Assembly (NCBI GenBank): GCA_000990005.1
Contig: LBPF01000001.1
Span: 90,315 to 154,314, forward strand
Length of the DNA: 64,000 bases
Origin: Candidatus Woesebacteria bacterium GW2011_GWB1_33_38
GTDB taxonomy: Bacteria > Patescibacteriota > Microgenomatia > UBA8517
Direction of reading: 5' to 3'
Below, one piece after another: positions 18,723-29,580 of this stretch. Every line of letters starts with the position of its first letter. The first letter of the stretch is position 1. The position numbers were made by a program, and so were the translations under genes. The notes beneath the pieces are model-generated. The model did no database searches, was not told the origin of the DNA, and saw nothing but the letters and a program-made list of their open reading frames with translations.

Positions 18723-19570
18723 AACTGTTTAAGAACCCAAAACTGACTAAATTATCAATTGAATATTATAAAACCTATTATTCTGGAGTTACAAGAAATT
18801 GGAAAAAGCTTTCAAAAGATGTCTTAAACATAGAAAAAGCTAATGAGAAAATTACTCAGATTGAAAAGGCAGTAGGAACGATTAAGGGTAAAAAAATATT
18901 GGAGATTGGCTGTGGGTTCGGATTATTTTTAGGTAATACTTTTCAGAAAGGCGCCGATTGTTATGGTATCGAACCAGACAAGTTTGCGTATGAGGGAGCC
19001 AAAATTGTTCTTAAAAAATATGGAGTCAAGGAAGAAAGAGTTGTCCATGGTATAGGTGAAAAGCTTCCCTTTAAAGATAATTCGTTTGATATTGTGACGT
19101 CTGTAATGGTTTTGGAACATGCCCAAAACCCAGAATTAATTATAAAAGAGGCTGTAAGGGTTACAAGGCCTAAGGGAAAGTTGTATTTTGTAGCTCCTAA
19201 TTATAATTCATTTTGGGAAGGTCATTATGGAGTTTTATGGTTTCCGCTTCTTTCTAAAACTTTAGCAAGAATATATGTAAAATTGCTTGGAAGAGATGTA
19301 GAGTTTCTTGATGAAATTAACTTTACTACACCAAAAAAAGTAATAGCGATGTTTAAAAAAACTCACAAAGTGCGGATTTTTTCTACGGGCGAGGGAGTGT
19401 GGGTTGAAAGAATGAAAAATTTGAATTTTAATGCTTGGGGCCAAACAAATAGTCTTAAGAACAAACTTAGGTTACTTAAAACTTTTAGATTAACATATTT
19501 GGCAATAAGTTTAGGAAAAATGTTTCAATTTTATTATCCTATTATTATAGTTGCAGAAAAGAAAGCATGA
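18719..19570 (+). CDS. Class I SAM-dependent methyltransferase
   Basis: ILEIGCGFG, LPFKDNSFD and VLEH. Confidence 0.9.
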   Translation: MKLFKNPKLTKLSIEYYKTYYSGVTRNWKKLSKDVLNIEKANEKITQIEKAVGTIKGKKILEIGCGFGLFLGNTFQKGADCYGIEPDKFAYEGAKIVLKKYGVKEERVVHGIGEKLPFKDNSFDIVTSVMVLEHAQNPELIIKEAVRVTRPKGKLYFVAPNYNSFWEGHYGVLWFPLLSKTLARIYVKLLGRDVEFLDEINFTTPKKVIAMFKKTHKVRIFSTGEGVWVERMKNLNFNAWGQTNSLKNKLRLLKTFRLTYLAISLGKMFQFYYPIIIVAEKKA

Positions 19571-21105
19571 ATGTAATTGTAAGACAAATATTAACTTTTG
19601 TCCGTAAGAACAAAAGTTTGACAGCAATACTTCTTTTAATGTGGTTTATCCCGAGGATTTTTTCAGCAGGTTCTATTCTTACTGCTGATGAGTCTACATG
19701 GATTGAAAGATCTACAAATTTTATGAGAGCAATTAGTAAACTTGAGTTAAAAAATACTCGTCAATTTAGGATTGCTGAAGCATCTCATCCTGGCGTGACC
19801 TTAATGTGGGCGGGTGGAACTGGCGTTATATTGGAGCGTGCTACATCTTCATTTTTCAATTATTCATCCGAAACTCGACTTTTTTTGATTAAGCTCCCCT
19901 TAATTATTATTGGAGGAATGCTTTTCCTACTCATTTTTTTTGGTTTGACAAAAATAGTCGATAAACGTGTAGCTTTTTTTACCTCTTCCTTTTTGGCTCT
20001 TGACCCGTTTTTTCTCGGTTATTCGAGACTTTTACATTTGGATGCAATGCTCTCGATGTTTATGTTTGCCTCAATTATATTTTTTCTTTTAGCTCTAAAT
20101 CAAAAAGATCACATCAATTATTATCTTAAGATTTCAGCTGTTTTGGGTGGGCTAGCCTTTTTGACAAAAGTACCCGCCTTTGCCATTATACCAATCATTC
20201 CCCTAATTTTAATTTTCATTACCAAGTTCAATAAACAAAGAATTATATATTCTTTCAGGCTATTCTTAAGATGGATTGCTATTTCTGCTGTTACTTTTGT
20301 AATTTTATGGCCAGCTATGTGGGTTACACCGAAAGAAAGTTTGCAATCCCTTTTTGGTGCGGCAAGAATTGGGTTAACAGAAGCTCATAATATTAGTGAA
20401 TATATTCTTGATCCTTATTATTATGTTAACACTTTCAAAAACTTTAGTAGTCCTATTGTTATGTTTCTTGTATTATCTTCAGTTATTTTTTTGAAAAAAA
20501 AGAAACTTTTAGAGACTAAATCATTACTTATTAGTCTATTTTTTATTATTTACTTTATAGTTGGAATGACACTTGGGGCAAAAAAGGGTTTAAGGTATAT
20601 CCTTCCAATATATCCCCACCTCTTTTTTCTTTCAGGGTTAGGGCTTAATGGTATTTTGAATGCTATTAAAAATAAAAGAATAGCCTTGTTGGTAGCTTTA
20701 ATTGCTATGATTATTATAATATTTCAGACGGTGAATATTCATCCTTACTATTTAGCGTATTATAACCCCCTAGTAGAGCCACCTGTTAAAATGGGTTTTG
20801 GTGAAGGAATTGAATTGGCTGCTAAATATTTAGAAACAAAAGAAAAGCCAGAAGATCTTATTGTATCATCATGGTATCCAGATGTTATGGCCACTTACTT
20901 TCCCGGAACGATTTTAGGTCTTGATTCAATAGATAAAGCTGATTATGTGGTTTTGTACCGAGGAATGAAAGGAAGGGCAGAAATTGATCCTGCAACTCGT
21001 ATAATTAATTCATATGAGACAATGATTCCTGATAAAACAATTTATTTGAACAATTTGGAATATGTATGGATATATGAAGGGGGTAGAAATATCAAATCAA
21101 AATGA
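19567..21105 (+). CDS. GT-C fold membrane glycosyltransferase
   Basis: TADESTW, HPGVT, SRLLHLD, LAFLTK and RYILP. Confidence 0.85.
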   Translation: MNVIVRQILTFVRKNKSLTAILLLMWFIPRIFSAGSILTADESTWIERSTNFMRAISKLELKNTRQFRIAEASHPGVTLMWAGGTGVILERATSSFFNYSSETRLFLIKLPLIIIGGMLFLLIFFGLTKIVDKRVAFFTSSFLALDPFFLGYSRLLHLDAMLSMFMFASIIFFLLALNQKDHINYYLKISAVLGGLAFLTKVPAFAIIPIIPLILIFITKFNKQRIIYSFRLFLRWIAISAVTFVILWPAMWVTPKESLQSLFGAARIGLTEAHNISEYILDPYYYVNTFKNFSSPIVMFLVLSSVIFLKKKKLLETKSLLISLFFIIYFIVGMTLGAKKGLRYILPIYPHLFFLSGLGLNGILNAIKNKRIALLVALIAMIIIIFQTVNIHPYYLAYYNPLVEPPVKMGFGEGIELAAKYLETKEKPEDLIVSSWYPDVMATYFPGTILGLDSIDKADYVVLYRGMKGRAEIDPATRIINSYETMIPDKTIYLNNLEYVWIYEGGRNIKSK

Positions 21106-22037
21106 CTAGAAAAAAAATAATGAACATTCTTAAATTTGTTGTAAGTATTACCCTTATATATTTTTTAATAAAGAAGGTAGGAGTAGCACAATTTACTGAA
21201 GACCTTAAAAACCTAAATCTTTACTATCTTTTTTGGGCTTTCCTTTTTAATTTTATCAGTACACTTATTCAAGCTGAAAGATTGCGCATTATTGTTAACG
21301 GGCAAAGTATAAAGATGAATTACTTAAAAGCTTATAAATTTAATCTTATTAGTACATTTTTTGGAATCTTTTTACCCACTGTTATTGGTGGAGATGTGGT
21401 CAAAATGGCTCTTTTGTCATCTCATAGTGGTAAAAGAGCTGTATCAATTGGTGTAGTTACAATAGATAGAGTAATCGGGACTTATGCGTTGGTTGTGGTA
21501 GCTTTAATTGGGGGAATTGTTGGTAGAAAATATCTCACCAATAATATTGTTTTATATACAGTAGATGCGTTTATCATTGCATTTCTTACACTTCTCACAC
21601 TTAATATAAAAGGTATATGGGAAAATCTTTGGAAATTTATTGAACCCAAATTTGGTAAAAAGATTTCATCAATTAATACTTTTGTTCATACTTTACAATC
21701 ATATAGTATTTTTAATTCTTACTTTTTAAAAGCATTTATTTGGTCTTTGTTTTTTTATATGGCAATTGTTACGTCAAGCTATTTTGTCTCTCTTTCGCTT
21801 GGTCTAATTATTAACCCACTTGTTTTTTTTGTCTTTGTACCTTTATTGTCTTTAGCATCTATGGCACCGATTTCGATAAGTGGAATAGGCGTAAGAGAAG
21901 GTGTCTCGGTTGTTTTCTTTTCAACAATGGGAATAAGTTCTAGTTTAGGAGTGTTATTGTCTTTTATACCATTTGTTTTGAAAATGATAATGGGTTTTGT
22001 TGGCGGTATAATTTACACAATTACAGAAAAAATATGA
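21102..22037 (+). CDS. LPG-synthase TM / AglD2-like putative flippase (UPF0104)
   Basis: FLPTVIGGDV, DR..G and PISISGIGVRE. Confidence 0.85.
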   Translation: MTRKKIMNILKFVVSITLIYFLIKKVGVAQFTEDLKNLNLYYLFWAFLFNFISTLIQAERLRIIVNGQSIKMNYLKAYKFNLISTFFGIFLPTVIGGDVVKMALLSSHSGKRAVSIGVVTIDRVIGTYALVVVALIGGIVGRKYLTNNIVLYTVDAFIIAFLTLLTLNIKGIWENLWKFIEPKFGKKISSINTFVHTLQSYSIFNSYFLKAFIWSLFFYMAIVTSSYFVSLSLGLIINPLVFFVFVPLLSLASMAPISISGIGVREGVSVVFFSTMGISSSLGVLLSFIPFVLKMIMGFVGGIIYTITEKI

Positions 22038-23179
22038 ATTTATTATTAATTAGCAATGAGTATCCACCGATAGGGGGTGGAGGATCAATAGTTGTCAAAT
22101 ATTTGGCTAAGGATCTTGCCAAAAAAGGCCATGTGGTTCATCTTGTTACATCAAGCTATGCAAATTTGTCGCGGGAAGAAGTGTATGATGGCTATATTGT
22201 TCATAGAATACCTGCGATTAGACTTAGTAAAGATTATTGTTCACTTTGGGAGCTAGTTATTTTTTCTATTTCGGCACTCTTCTATTCACTCTTTTTTGCT
22301 AAAAAATACAGAATAGATATTGTGCAGGCGTTTTTTGCAGTGCCTGCGGGAGGTGTTGCATATATTTTAAATATTATATATAAGATACCTTATGTAATAT
22401 TTTTAGGTGGTAGCGATGTACCAAATGCTAATCCTTATAGATACAAAACTATATATCCGATTCTTTCTCCGATTATCAAATTAATTTGGTCAAGAGCCGA
22501 TACTGTAGTCGCCGCAAGCAATGGGTTGAAAAAAATTGCAGAAAAATCTGATCCAAAAAGAAAATTTGTAATGATTCCAAATGGTGTAGATACAAAGTAT
22601 TTTGTTCATAAAAACATAAGGAGTAATATTGTTAATATTTTAGGAGTAGGGAGGTTAATGCCAAGAAAAGGCTATCAATTTGTTATTCAGGCATTGAAAA
22701 ATGTTAAAGCAAAAACAAAAAATAAATTTATTTTTACGATTGTCGGCGGCGGGGATTATCTAACTGAATTAAAAGAACTTGCAAGGAGAAATAATGTAAA
22801 TAAATTAGTTAAGTTTACAGGCCAAATAGACTACTCTGAGATTAAAAAATTATTGTCTACATCAGATATTTTTGTTCATCCCTCTATGGCTGAGGGAATG
22901 CCTTTGTCACTTCTTGAGGCCATATCGTCTGGCCTTCCAAGTATATCTACAAAAATCGCAGGCAACGAGGATTTGGTAAAAAATAATAAAAATGGCTTTT
23001 TATTGGAGGTTGGTGATGTTAACGGTATAACTGATTCGTTAATTAAACTTATTGATGATAAAAAATTAAGGCAAAAAATGGGAATTGAATCTGTTAAAAT
23101 TTCAAAAAATTACGACTGGGAAAAGATATCAAATGCTTACAATAAAATTTATACAAAAATATACAACTTGAAACAATGA
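22034..23179 (+). CDS. GT4 glycosyltransferase, paralog of 16864-18000
   Basis: EYPPIGGGG, FFAVP.G, IPNGVD and EGMPLSLLEA. Confidence 0.9.
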   Translation: MNLLLISNEYPPIGGGGSIVVKYLAKDLAKKGHVVHLVTSSYANLSREEVYDGYIVHRIPAIRLSKDYCSLWELVIFSISALFYSLFFAKKYRIDIVQAFFAVPAGGVAYILNIIYKIPYVIFLGGSDVPNANPYRYKTIYPILSPIIKLIWSRADTVVAASNGLKKIAEKSDPKRKFVMIPNGVDTKYFVHKNIRSNIVNILGVGRLMPRKGYQFVIQALKNVKAKTKNKFIFTIVGGGDYLTELKELARRNNVNKLVKFTGQIDYSEIKKLLSTSDIFVHPSMAEGMPLSLLEAISSGLPSISTKIAGNEDLVKNNKNGFLLEVGDVNGITDSLIKLIDDKKLRQKMGIESVKISKNYDWEKISNAYNKIYTKIYNLKQ

Positions 23180-24138
23180 CAAATAAAAAGATAGTTATAT
23201 TTGGAGGATTGGGATTTATAGGCCGAAATTTAGCAATTAATCTTCTCAAAAAAAATTATAATGTGACACTAGTTGAACATGAATTAAAAGGAAAGAATTT
23301 AAAAGTTGCCAAGAAAATTAAAAATTTAAAAATTATAAAAGGAAACATATTAGACAAAAGATCAATAGCTTCTATTCTAAAGCATAAATATAATATCTTA
23401 TTCAATTTAGCGGCACATTCTGGACCAAAAGCTAGTGTAGATTATCCATTTTTAGATCTGGAGACAAACACTTTAGGATCTTTAAATATTTTAGAAGAGG
23501 CAAAAAAATACAAAGATCTGGTTGTTGTGTTTTTAGGATCCAGACTTGAATATGGAGAAGTAAACGAAATCCCAGTATCAGAAAAGACTGTATCTCAACC
23601 ACAAACGATGTATGGTTTAAGTAAATTCACAGCTTCTAGTTTTCATCTTTTGTACAATAAATTGTACTCAGTTAAGACAATTATTGTAAAAGGAGCAAAT
23701 CCTTACGGTACGCATATTTATAATCCAAATCCTGCTTACAATATAATTAATTATTTTATTGATAAAGCCAATCATGATGAAGATATTGAAATTTTTGAAA
23801 CTGCCAAAAATCAAATCAAAGATTATATTTATATTGATGACTTTTGTGAGGCACTTGTTAAATTGTCACTGAACAAAAATGTTTATGGTCAGGTATATAA
23901 TTTAGGAAGCGGTAAGGGTATTAAATTTATAGATGCAGCAAAAACAATCACTAGAATTTTAAAAAAAGGAAGAGTTGTAGTTATTAAACAAAATTCCTTG
24001 TTAAAGAAAATAGAAGCTGGTGATTATGTGTCTGACATAAGTAAAATCAGTAAACGTATTAATTGGAAACCTAAAATCAGTTTTGTTAAAGGTATTTTGA
24101 TGACGACCAACATAAGACATATTATTTTTGATATTTAA
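23176..24138 (+). CDS. NAD-dependent NDP-sugar epimerase/dehydratase
   Basis: FGGLGFIG, YGLSK, DYIYIDD and YNLGSG. Confidence 0.85.
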   Translation: MTNKKIVIFGGLGFIGRNLAINLLKKNYNVTLVEHELKGKNLKVAKKIKNLKIIKGNILDKRSIASILKHKYNILFNLAAHSGPKASVDYPFLDLETNTLGSLNILEEAKKYKDLVVVFLGSRLEYGEVNEIPVSEKTVSQPQTMYGLSKFTASSFHLLYNKLYSVKTIIVKGANPYGTHIYNPNPAYNIINYFIDKANHDEDIEIFETAKNQIKDYIYIDDFCEALVKLSLNKNVYGQVYNLGSGKGIKFIDAAKTITRILKKGRVVVIKQNSLLKKIEAGDYVSDISKISKRINWKPKISFVKGILMTTNIRHIIFDI

Positions 24139-24139
24139 T

Positions 24140-24835
24140 ATGAAAAATATATATCAAAAAGATTATCACAAGAAATATTCACAAGAATTAATCGCTAGAA
24201 AACATTTGTTAGATTTTGTTCAACAAAACATTGAAGTTAAAGAGAAAATAATTTTAGACGCAGGTTGTAATGGTGGTTTCTTAAGCTTTTTTATGGCTAA
24301 AAACGGTGCTAAAAAAGTTTACGGCTTGGATATGTCACCTGGTTTTATTAAGGCAGATATCAAACGGGCAAAACAAGAAAAAATGATTGATAGATTTAAT
24401 TTTAAAGTCGGTAATATTGAACATCTGCCATATAAGGATAATTTTTTTGATTTTATTATTTGTTCTGAGGTAATAGAGCATGTAAGTAGACCTGATTTAG
24501 TAGTCAGTGAATTTAATAGAGTGTTGAAAAAAAATGGACGTGTTTTAATTACTACACCAAATATTTTAAACCCAATGGAAATTGTGCACAATCTGAAACA
24601 CTATTTGATGTGGATAATTAAAAAAGAGCCAATTACACATATTCAACATTTTACTTTTATTAATCTGAAAAAACTATTCTTAGGATTCACCGTTGTTAAA
24701 ATAGTTGGAGTGGGAATAGGAGCCGCTTTTTTACCTTTTTCAAAGTTTGGCTTTATTAAAAAGATTGATTATTTATTAGGTAATTTATTACAGCCAATTT
24801 CATTTGATTTATTTTTGTTAGTCAAAAAGAAATAA
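24140..24835 (+). CDS. Class I SAM-dependent methyltransferase
   Basis: ILDAGCNGG, SEVIEHV and LITTPN; ATG at 24140 follows the upstream stop. Confidence 0.85.
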   Translation: MKNIYQKDYHKKYSQELIARKHLLDFVQQNIEVKEKIILDAGCNGGFLSFFMAKNGAKKVYGLDMSPGFIKADIKRAKQEKMIDRFNFKVGNIEHLPYKDNFFDFIICSEVIEHVSRPDLVVSEFNRVLKKNGRVLITTPNILNPMEIVHNLKHYLMWIIKKEPITHIQHFTFINLKKLFLGFTVVKIVGVGIGAAFLPFSKFGFIKKIDYLLGNLLQPISFDLFLLVKKK

Positions 24836-24837
24836 TT

Positions 24838-25533
24838 ATGGAAGATCCAGTGGGAGAAAAATCACTAGAAGTAATGTCTGAAGCCAAATGGTATAACTTA
24901 CTTATTTACAACCGTTTTGTGAAACCAAATTTAGGTAAAAAAGTTCTTGAAATAGGATCTGGGATTGGTAATTTTACAGAAATACTCCTTAAAGATTCGA
25001 AGTTGTTATTAGCAACAGATATTAGAAAAAGTTATCTCTCCACCCTTAGAAAGATAAAAAACAAAAAGCTTAAAGTTGCATTTGCGGATATTGAAGATAA
25101 TATTTTTAAACCTAAATATACTGGTTTTGATACGATTATATGTTTAAATGTTTTAGAGCATATTAAGAACGATCAAAGGGCGCTTAATAATATGTACAAG
25201 AAATTAAATAAAAATGGGAAGTTGGTGATGTTGGTTCCAGCCCATCAACAGTTTTATTGTTTGTTAGACAAGAATCTAGGTCATTTTAGGAGATATACCA
25301 AAAATTTACTGCGAAATAAAATAAAAAAGGCAGGCTTTAAGATTGTTTCTGAAGATTATCTGAATCCTATTTCAGGTATTGGTTGGTTTATTAATGGAAA
25401 GATATTAAGAAAAGGGGTAATTGATACTAAATTAATTAAAATATTTAATCTTTTATTAAAACCTATCATTAAATTAGAAAAATATTTTAGACCATCGTTT
25501 GGATTATCGGTCGTTATTGTTGCTCAAAAATGA
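24838..25533 (+). CDS. Class I SAM-dependent methyltransferase
   Basis: VLEIGSGIG, NVLEHI and LVPAH...D..LGHFRRY. Confidence 0.9.
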   Translation: MEDPVGEKSLEVMSEAKWYNLLIYNRFVKPNLGKKVLEIGSGIGNFTEILLKDSKLLLATDIRKSYLSTLRKIKNKKLKVAFADIEDNIFKPKYTGFDTIICLNVLEHIKNDQRALNNMYKKLNKNGKLVMLVPAHQQFYCLLDKNLGHFRRYTKNLLRNKIKKAGFKIVSEDYLNPISGIGWFINGKILRKGVIDTKLIKIFNLLLKPIIKLEKYFRPSFGLSVVIVAQK

Positions 25534-26966
25534 AATCGAATAAAACCATTATATTAACAACAGTTTTCTTGATTTTTATATTTAATTTTTTCCTAAGAAT
25601 CTACTTTGCAAATCAAATAAAAGGTGTTTCTGGTGGGGATGCTTATAACAATTTATTTATTGCAAGACATATTGTCAATGGCAATAATCCCTTCTTGGAA
25701 GCAAGAAGATTGCCTTTTTACCCATTACTTTTGGTTCCAACACAATTTTTTGAGGTTGATCCTATCTTATATTCAAGAATAATTGCAGCTTTAGCTGGGT
25801 CACTATTGTCTGTAGTTATTTTTCTATTTGCGTTGAGTTTTAAATTAAATATTTTTCTATCAATAGTTGTAGCGATGCTAACAGGTATGTCACCGACATT
25901 ATTTTTTGTATCGGTAAGACCTCTTTCCAACAGCACATTTGCTTTTTTAATCGTCACCTCTGTTTACTTGTTTTATCAAAATTACAAAAAGAAGAAATTT
26001 AACAAAAATTATTCTTTATGGTTTATGTTGGGACTGGCTTCGATGACAAGACATGAAGGTTTTGTTATCGCCTTCATATTCTTTATATTTTTGCTACTAA
26101 AAGCAATTAAGAGAAAACAAATTATTAAATTAATTTATTCGTTAATACCATTTGGAATATTAGTATTACCTTTTTTTATTAATAATTATTTAAATTTTGG
26201 CAAACTTTTCTATTCAGATTATTTGGAATATCCAGAAGGTTTATGGATGCCAAAAGGTTGGGACGAATTTATCCGAAATTTTAATATGCTTTCAGAAATA
26301 CCAAAATATATTTGGTTTTCTGGAACTCAATTTTTGTCTTATGGGAAAATACTAAGCTTCATTTTGATCATTGGAGTGTTTGCATGGATAAATGATAAAA
26401 AGAAATTATCTATACCCTTAATATTTATTTTACTGTCTCAAGTTGTTATATCATTTTGGTATCAACCAACAATTAGATATTGGCTTCAAATAATACCCTT
26501 TGCATCCTTTTTAGTGGTTTATTTAGGTTTTTCGTTGTCAAAAAAATACAGTTTAAAAATATTTGTATATCCACTTTTTGTTTTAATACTTTTTTTCCAA
26601 TTCAAATCACTTTATATTTATATGAAAGGAACAGTAAATCAATTAAACCAAGGTACGCGACAAGAGTATCTGTTAAGGAAAGCACTTCTTGATGTTTCGC
26701 AGAATTTTGAAGGAAAAATTGGTCTACCTGCCGATTATCCACAAGCTCTTTATTTTTTGAAGAATAAAGGTGTTTACTATACAACCCGACCTCCCAAGAT
26801 AGATTCAATTGAGATTCAAGAAAAATGGATAAAAGATAATTCTATTAACTATCTGTTAATTCCTAAAGAACACGATTTTCTAGACATCGTAAGAATTAAA
26901 AAATTTCCAATAGTAAAAATATTTAAGGAAGATAATTCGGAAGTCGTAATGTATAAAGTTTTATGA
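25530..26966 (+). CDS. GT-C fold membrane glycosyltransferase (module A)
   Basis: SGGDAY, RRLPFYP and SMTRHEGF; multi-TM. Confidence 0.75.
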   Translation: MKSNKTIILTTVFLIFIFNFFLRIYFANQIKGVSGGDAYNNLFIARHIVNGNNPFLEARRLPFYPLLLVPTQFFEVDPILYSRIIAALAGSLLSVVIFLFALSFKLNIFLSIVVAMLTGMSPTLFFVSVRPLSNSTFAFLIVTSVYLFYQNYKKKKFNKNYSLWFMLGLASMTRHEGFVIAFIFFIFLLLKAIKRKQIIKLIYSLIPFGILVLPFFINNYLNFGKLFYSDYLEYPEGLWMPKGWDEFIRNFNMLSEIPKYIWFSGTQFLSYGKILSFILIIGVFAWINDKKKLSIPLIFILLSQVVISFWYQPTIRYWLQIIPFASFLVVYLGFSLSKKYSLKIFVYPLFVLILFFQFKSLYIYMKGTVNQLNQGTRQEYLLRKALLDVSQNFEGKIGLPADYPQALYFLKNKGVYYTTRPPKIDSIEIQEKWIKDNSINYLLIPKEHDFLDIVRIKKFPIVKIFKEDNSEVVMYKVL

Positions 26967-28822
26967 TTAATAAAATAATTGTTTTTATTACGTTTTTAGT
27001 CCTGCTCTTTTTCTTAAAAGAAAGTCTTTTGCTTATTGATCCATTTGAAAGACCAGGTGCTTTTTTGGAACATATGAATGAGATTCCATTATTAATATCA
27101 GTTTTGATCGGGATTGCTGGAGTTTTTGCAGTATTTAGTTATTTATTTATTAACAAATTAAACAAAAAATATTGGATTTATGCTTTATTAATTGTGCTGT
27201 TTTTATCTCTTTCAGCAAAGTTTCTTTACACACTGGTTTTACCAGTTACGAACGATGAGGGGGCTTATCTTTATGATTCTCTCTTGATTAGCCAAGGTTC
27301 ATCTCCTTTTCATTTTTCCTTTGCTAGATCTCCAGCCTTTGTTTATCCGTTAGCACTATTTATTAAAACTTTTGGATCTAGCTTATTTATTGGGAGAAGT
27401 TTTTCAATAGTTGTATCTATTGGTATAAGTTTTATTTTATTCTTAATAGGTAAATTTATAAAAAATGAAAGGTTGGGATTTTTAAGTTCTTCTTTTTTTC
27501 TTGTATTTTCTCCGATGGTTTATGACACTATTTATGTTCATACACAGACTATAACTATATTTTATGTACTTGTTTCTTTTTATTTCTTACTTAGATCAAT
27601 TAAAGATGGTAAAAATTTAAATATACTGATTTCTTACTTTTTTATTTCATTAGGTATTTTGACTAGAGAAATGGTCATATTCTATTTACCCCTATGGGCT
27701 GTGCTCACTTTTTTCCCGATTAGTAAAAAGAATTTTGCTCATAAACTAATTAAAACGGTTTTAGGATGCTCAATGTTTACTCTCACTTATTTGGGTTTAT
27801 GGTCTTTAATTGGTCTAAGTATTGGATTCGAAAAAGTTTTTTATAATCTTATGGCGCTTGCCACTGCTAGGCAAGGTCACACTAGCTATATTGTATCTAT
27901 CGTGTCTAAACTTGAGCTTGTTAGATTTAATTTGGTTTACGCCTTTGGAATATTATCTCTTTTTACTACTTCTGCATTCAGTTTTATTTTAGGTAAATTA
28001 ATAAAACATAAAAATATTCTGTTGGGTTTTGTTTCTATTGTACTGATCCTTTTCGTTAAAAGTGTTCCCAATACGCTTGTATCAATAGGTATGGATAATT
28101 ATTATCTTTTTTTTGTTGTGATGGCTGTTTTGTTTAGTTGCTCTTTGATCTTATACTTATCCAAGAATTCCATAAAAGACACGCAAAAAAGCACTTCATT
28201 GATATATTTAATCGGTTTGTTCGCTGTCCCATTCTCTTTTTACCTTTTCTATTATCCGAATTTTCAAACAGAGTATTGGATAGAATTTCTAGTACCGCTT
28301 ATCATGGTGATTTCATTCATGTTTAATCATCAAATTATAAAATTTGATTACAAACGTAATATTTGGTTGCTTTTAACACTATTGATTGTGGTCTCTGTAA
28401 ACACATTCTTATCTTTTTGGGTTACTCTTAAACCACAAAGAGGAACATACTCAATAACAAATTTGATAGAGATCAGAGACCATCTTATAAAAAATTACCC
28501 CAAGAGAGAGATCTTTACTGGTGCGTCGATTATACCTTTTGTTTCTGGAAATAGCCTAGCTTTAAACATTACTCATCCTGCTATATATTCTTACCAAGAT
28601 ATTGATAGTAGAATAATTGATAAACTTTTTCCCTCAGAGAAAGAGATTGTTGATTATTTGGCTGTTAATAAAATACAAATTGTAGTAATTGAAAAATTTA
28701 CAACAGACTCTTATTTTAGTAAAAGTGATATGATAAAAAATTATATATATGCAAATTATTCAGAAGAAAAGATAATTGGTTCTGAAAACCCCTTAATATT
28801 ATTAACCAAGAACGAAAAATGA
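26963..28822 (+). CDS. GT-C fold membrane glycosyltransferase (module B)
   Basis: LPVTNDEGAYLYD, SLFIGR and NITHPA; multi-TM. Confidence 0.75.
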   Translation: MINKIIVFITFLVLLFFLKESLLLIDPFERPGAFLEHMNEIPLLISVLIGIAGVFAVFSYLFINKLNKKYWIYALLIVLFLSLSAKFLYTLVLPVTNDEGAYLYDSLLISQGSSPFHFSFARSPAFVYPLALFIKTFGSSLFIGRSFSIVVSIGISFILFLIGKFIKNERLGFLSSSFFLVFSPMVYDTIYVHTQTITIFYVLVSFYFLLRSIKDGKNLNILISYFFISLGILTREMVIFYLPLWAVLTFFPISKKNFAHKLIKTVLGCSMFTLTYLGLWSLIGLSIGFEKVFYNLMALATARQGHTSYIVSIVSKLELVRFNLVYAFGILSLFTTSAFSFILGKLIKHKNILLGFVSIVLILFVKSVPNTLVSIGMDNYYLFFVVMAVLFSCSLILYLSKNSIKDTQKSTSLIYLIGLFAVPFSFYLFYYPNFQTEYWIEFLVPLIMVISFMFNHQIIKFDYKRNIWLLLTLLIVVSVNTFLSFWVTLKPQRGTYSITNLIEIRDHLIKNYPKREIFTGASIIPFVSGNSLALNITHPAIYSYQDIDSRIIDKLFPSEKEIVDYLAVNKIQIVVIEKFTTDSYFSKSDMIKNYIYANYSEEKIIGSENPLILLTKNEK

Positions 28823-29580
28823 AAATATCTAAATTAAAATTACAGGAAGTAAAACTACACAAAAAACTAGCAAAATCCTACTATTGGGTGCGTGAAAAAA
28901 ATTCTCATTATAAGTATTTTAATAATTTGTGGATAGAACAAATACAAACCATGCTTCCAAAAAAGAAGTATCAAAATACATTGGATTTAGGTTGTGGCAC
29001 CGTTGAATTTTATGAATTAATTAAGGATAAACTCAATTCAAATTATTTAGGGGTTGATTTGTCTCCAGACATGCTTAATATTGGTAGGAAAAAATACAAA
29101 AACATACGTTTGCTAGAAGCCGACGCGGAAAATTTACAAATAAAAGATAGTACCTTTGATTTAATAATCGGACGAGGTATTATCCATCACTTACCTGAAC
29201 CTGTAAAAGGGTGTGAAGAAGCTTATCGAGTGCTCAAAAAGGGCGGATATTTTATTGTTTCCGAACCTTATAGTAATATTTTTCTCAAATTGATTCGTAA
29301 GATTTATTATAGATTATCAAATCATTTTTCAGATACTCATAAATCGTTTTCTGGAGATGAACTTTCAAATTTATTAATTAAATCTGGATTCGTAATTAAA
29401 GAGATCGGTTTTTGGGGAGTTCTATCTTTTCCATTTGCTTTCCCCGACATCTTGCCTACTTATAAGTTTGTTCCACTTCCCATATTTAAGCTCTTAGTCC
29501 AGCTAGATAAGATAATTGTCAAAATACCATTTATCAAAAAAATGGCTTGGCACATAATAATTCTTTGTAAAAAAAGGTAA
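28819..29580 (+). CDS. Class I SAM-dependent methyltransferase
   Basis: LDLGCGT, GVDLSPDML and RVLKKGG. Confidence 0.9.
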   Translation: MKISKLKLQEVKLHKKLAKSYYWVREKNSHYKYFNNLWIEQIQTMLPKKKYQNTLDLGCGTVEFYELIKDKLNSNYLGVDLSPDMLNIGRKKYKNIRLLEADAENLQIKDSTFDLIIGRGIIHHLPEPVKGCEEAYRVLKKGGYFIVSEPYSNIFLKLIRKIYYRLSNHFSDTHKSFSGDELSNLLIKSGFVIKEIGFWGVLSFPFAFPDILPTYKFVPLPIFKLLVQLDKIIVKIPFIKKMAWHIIILCKKR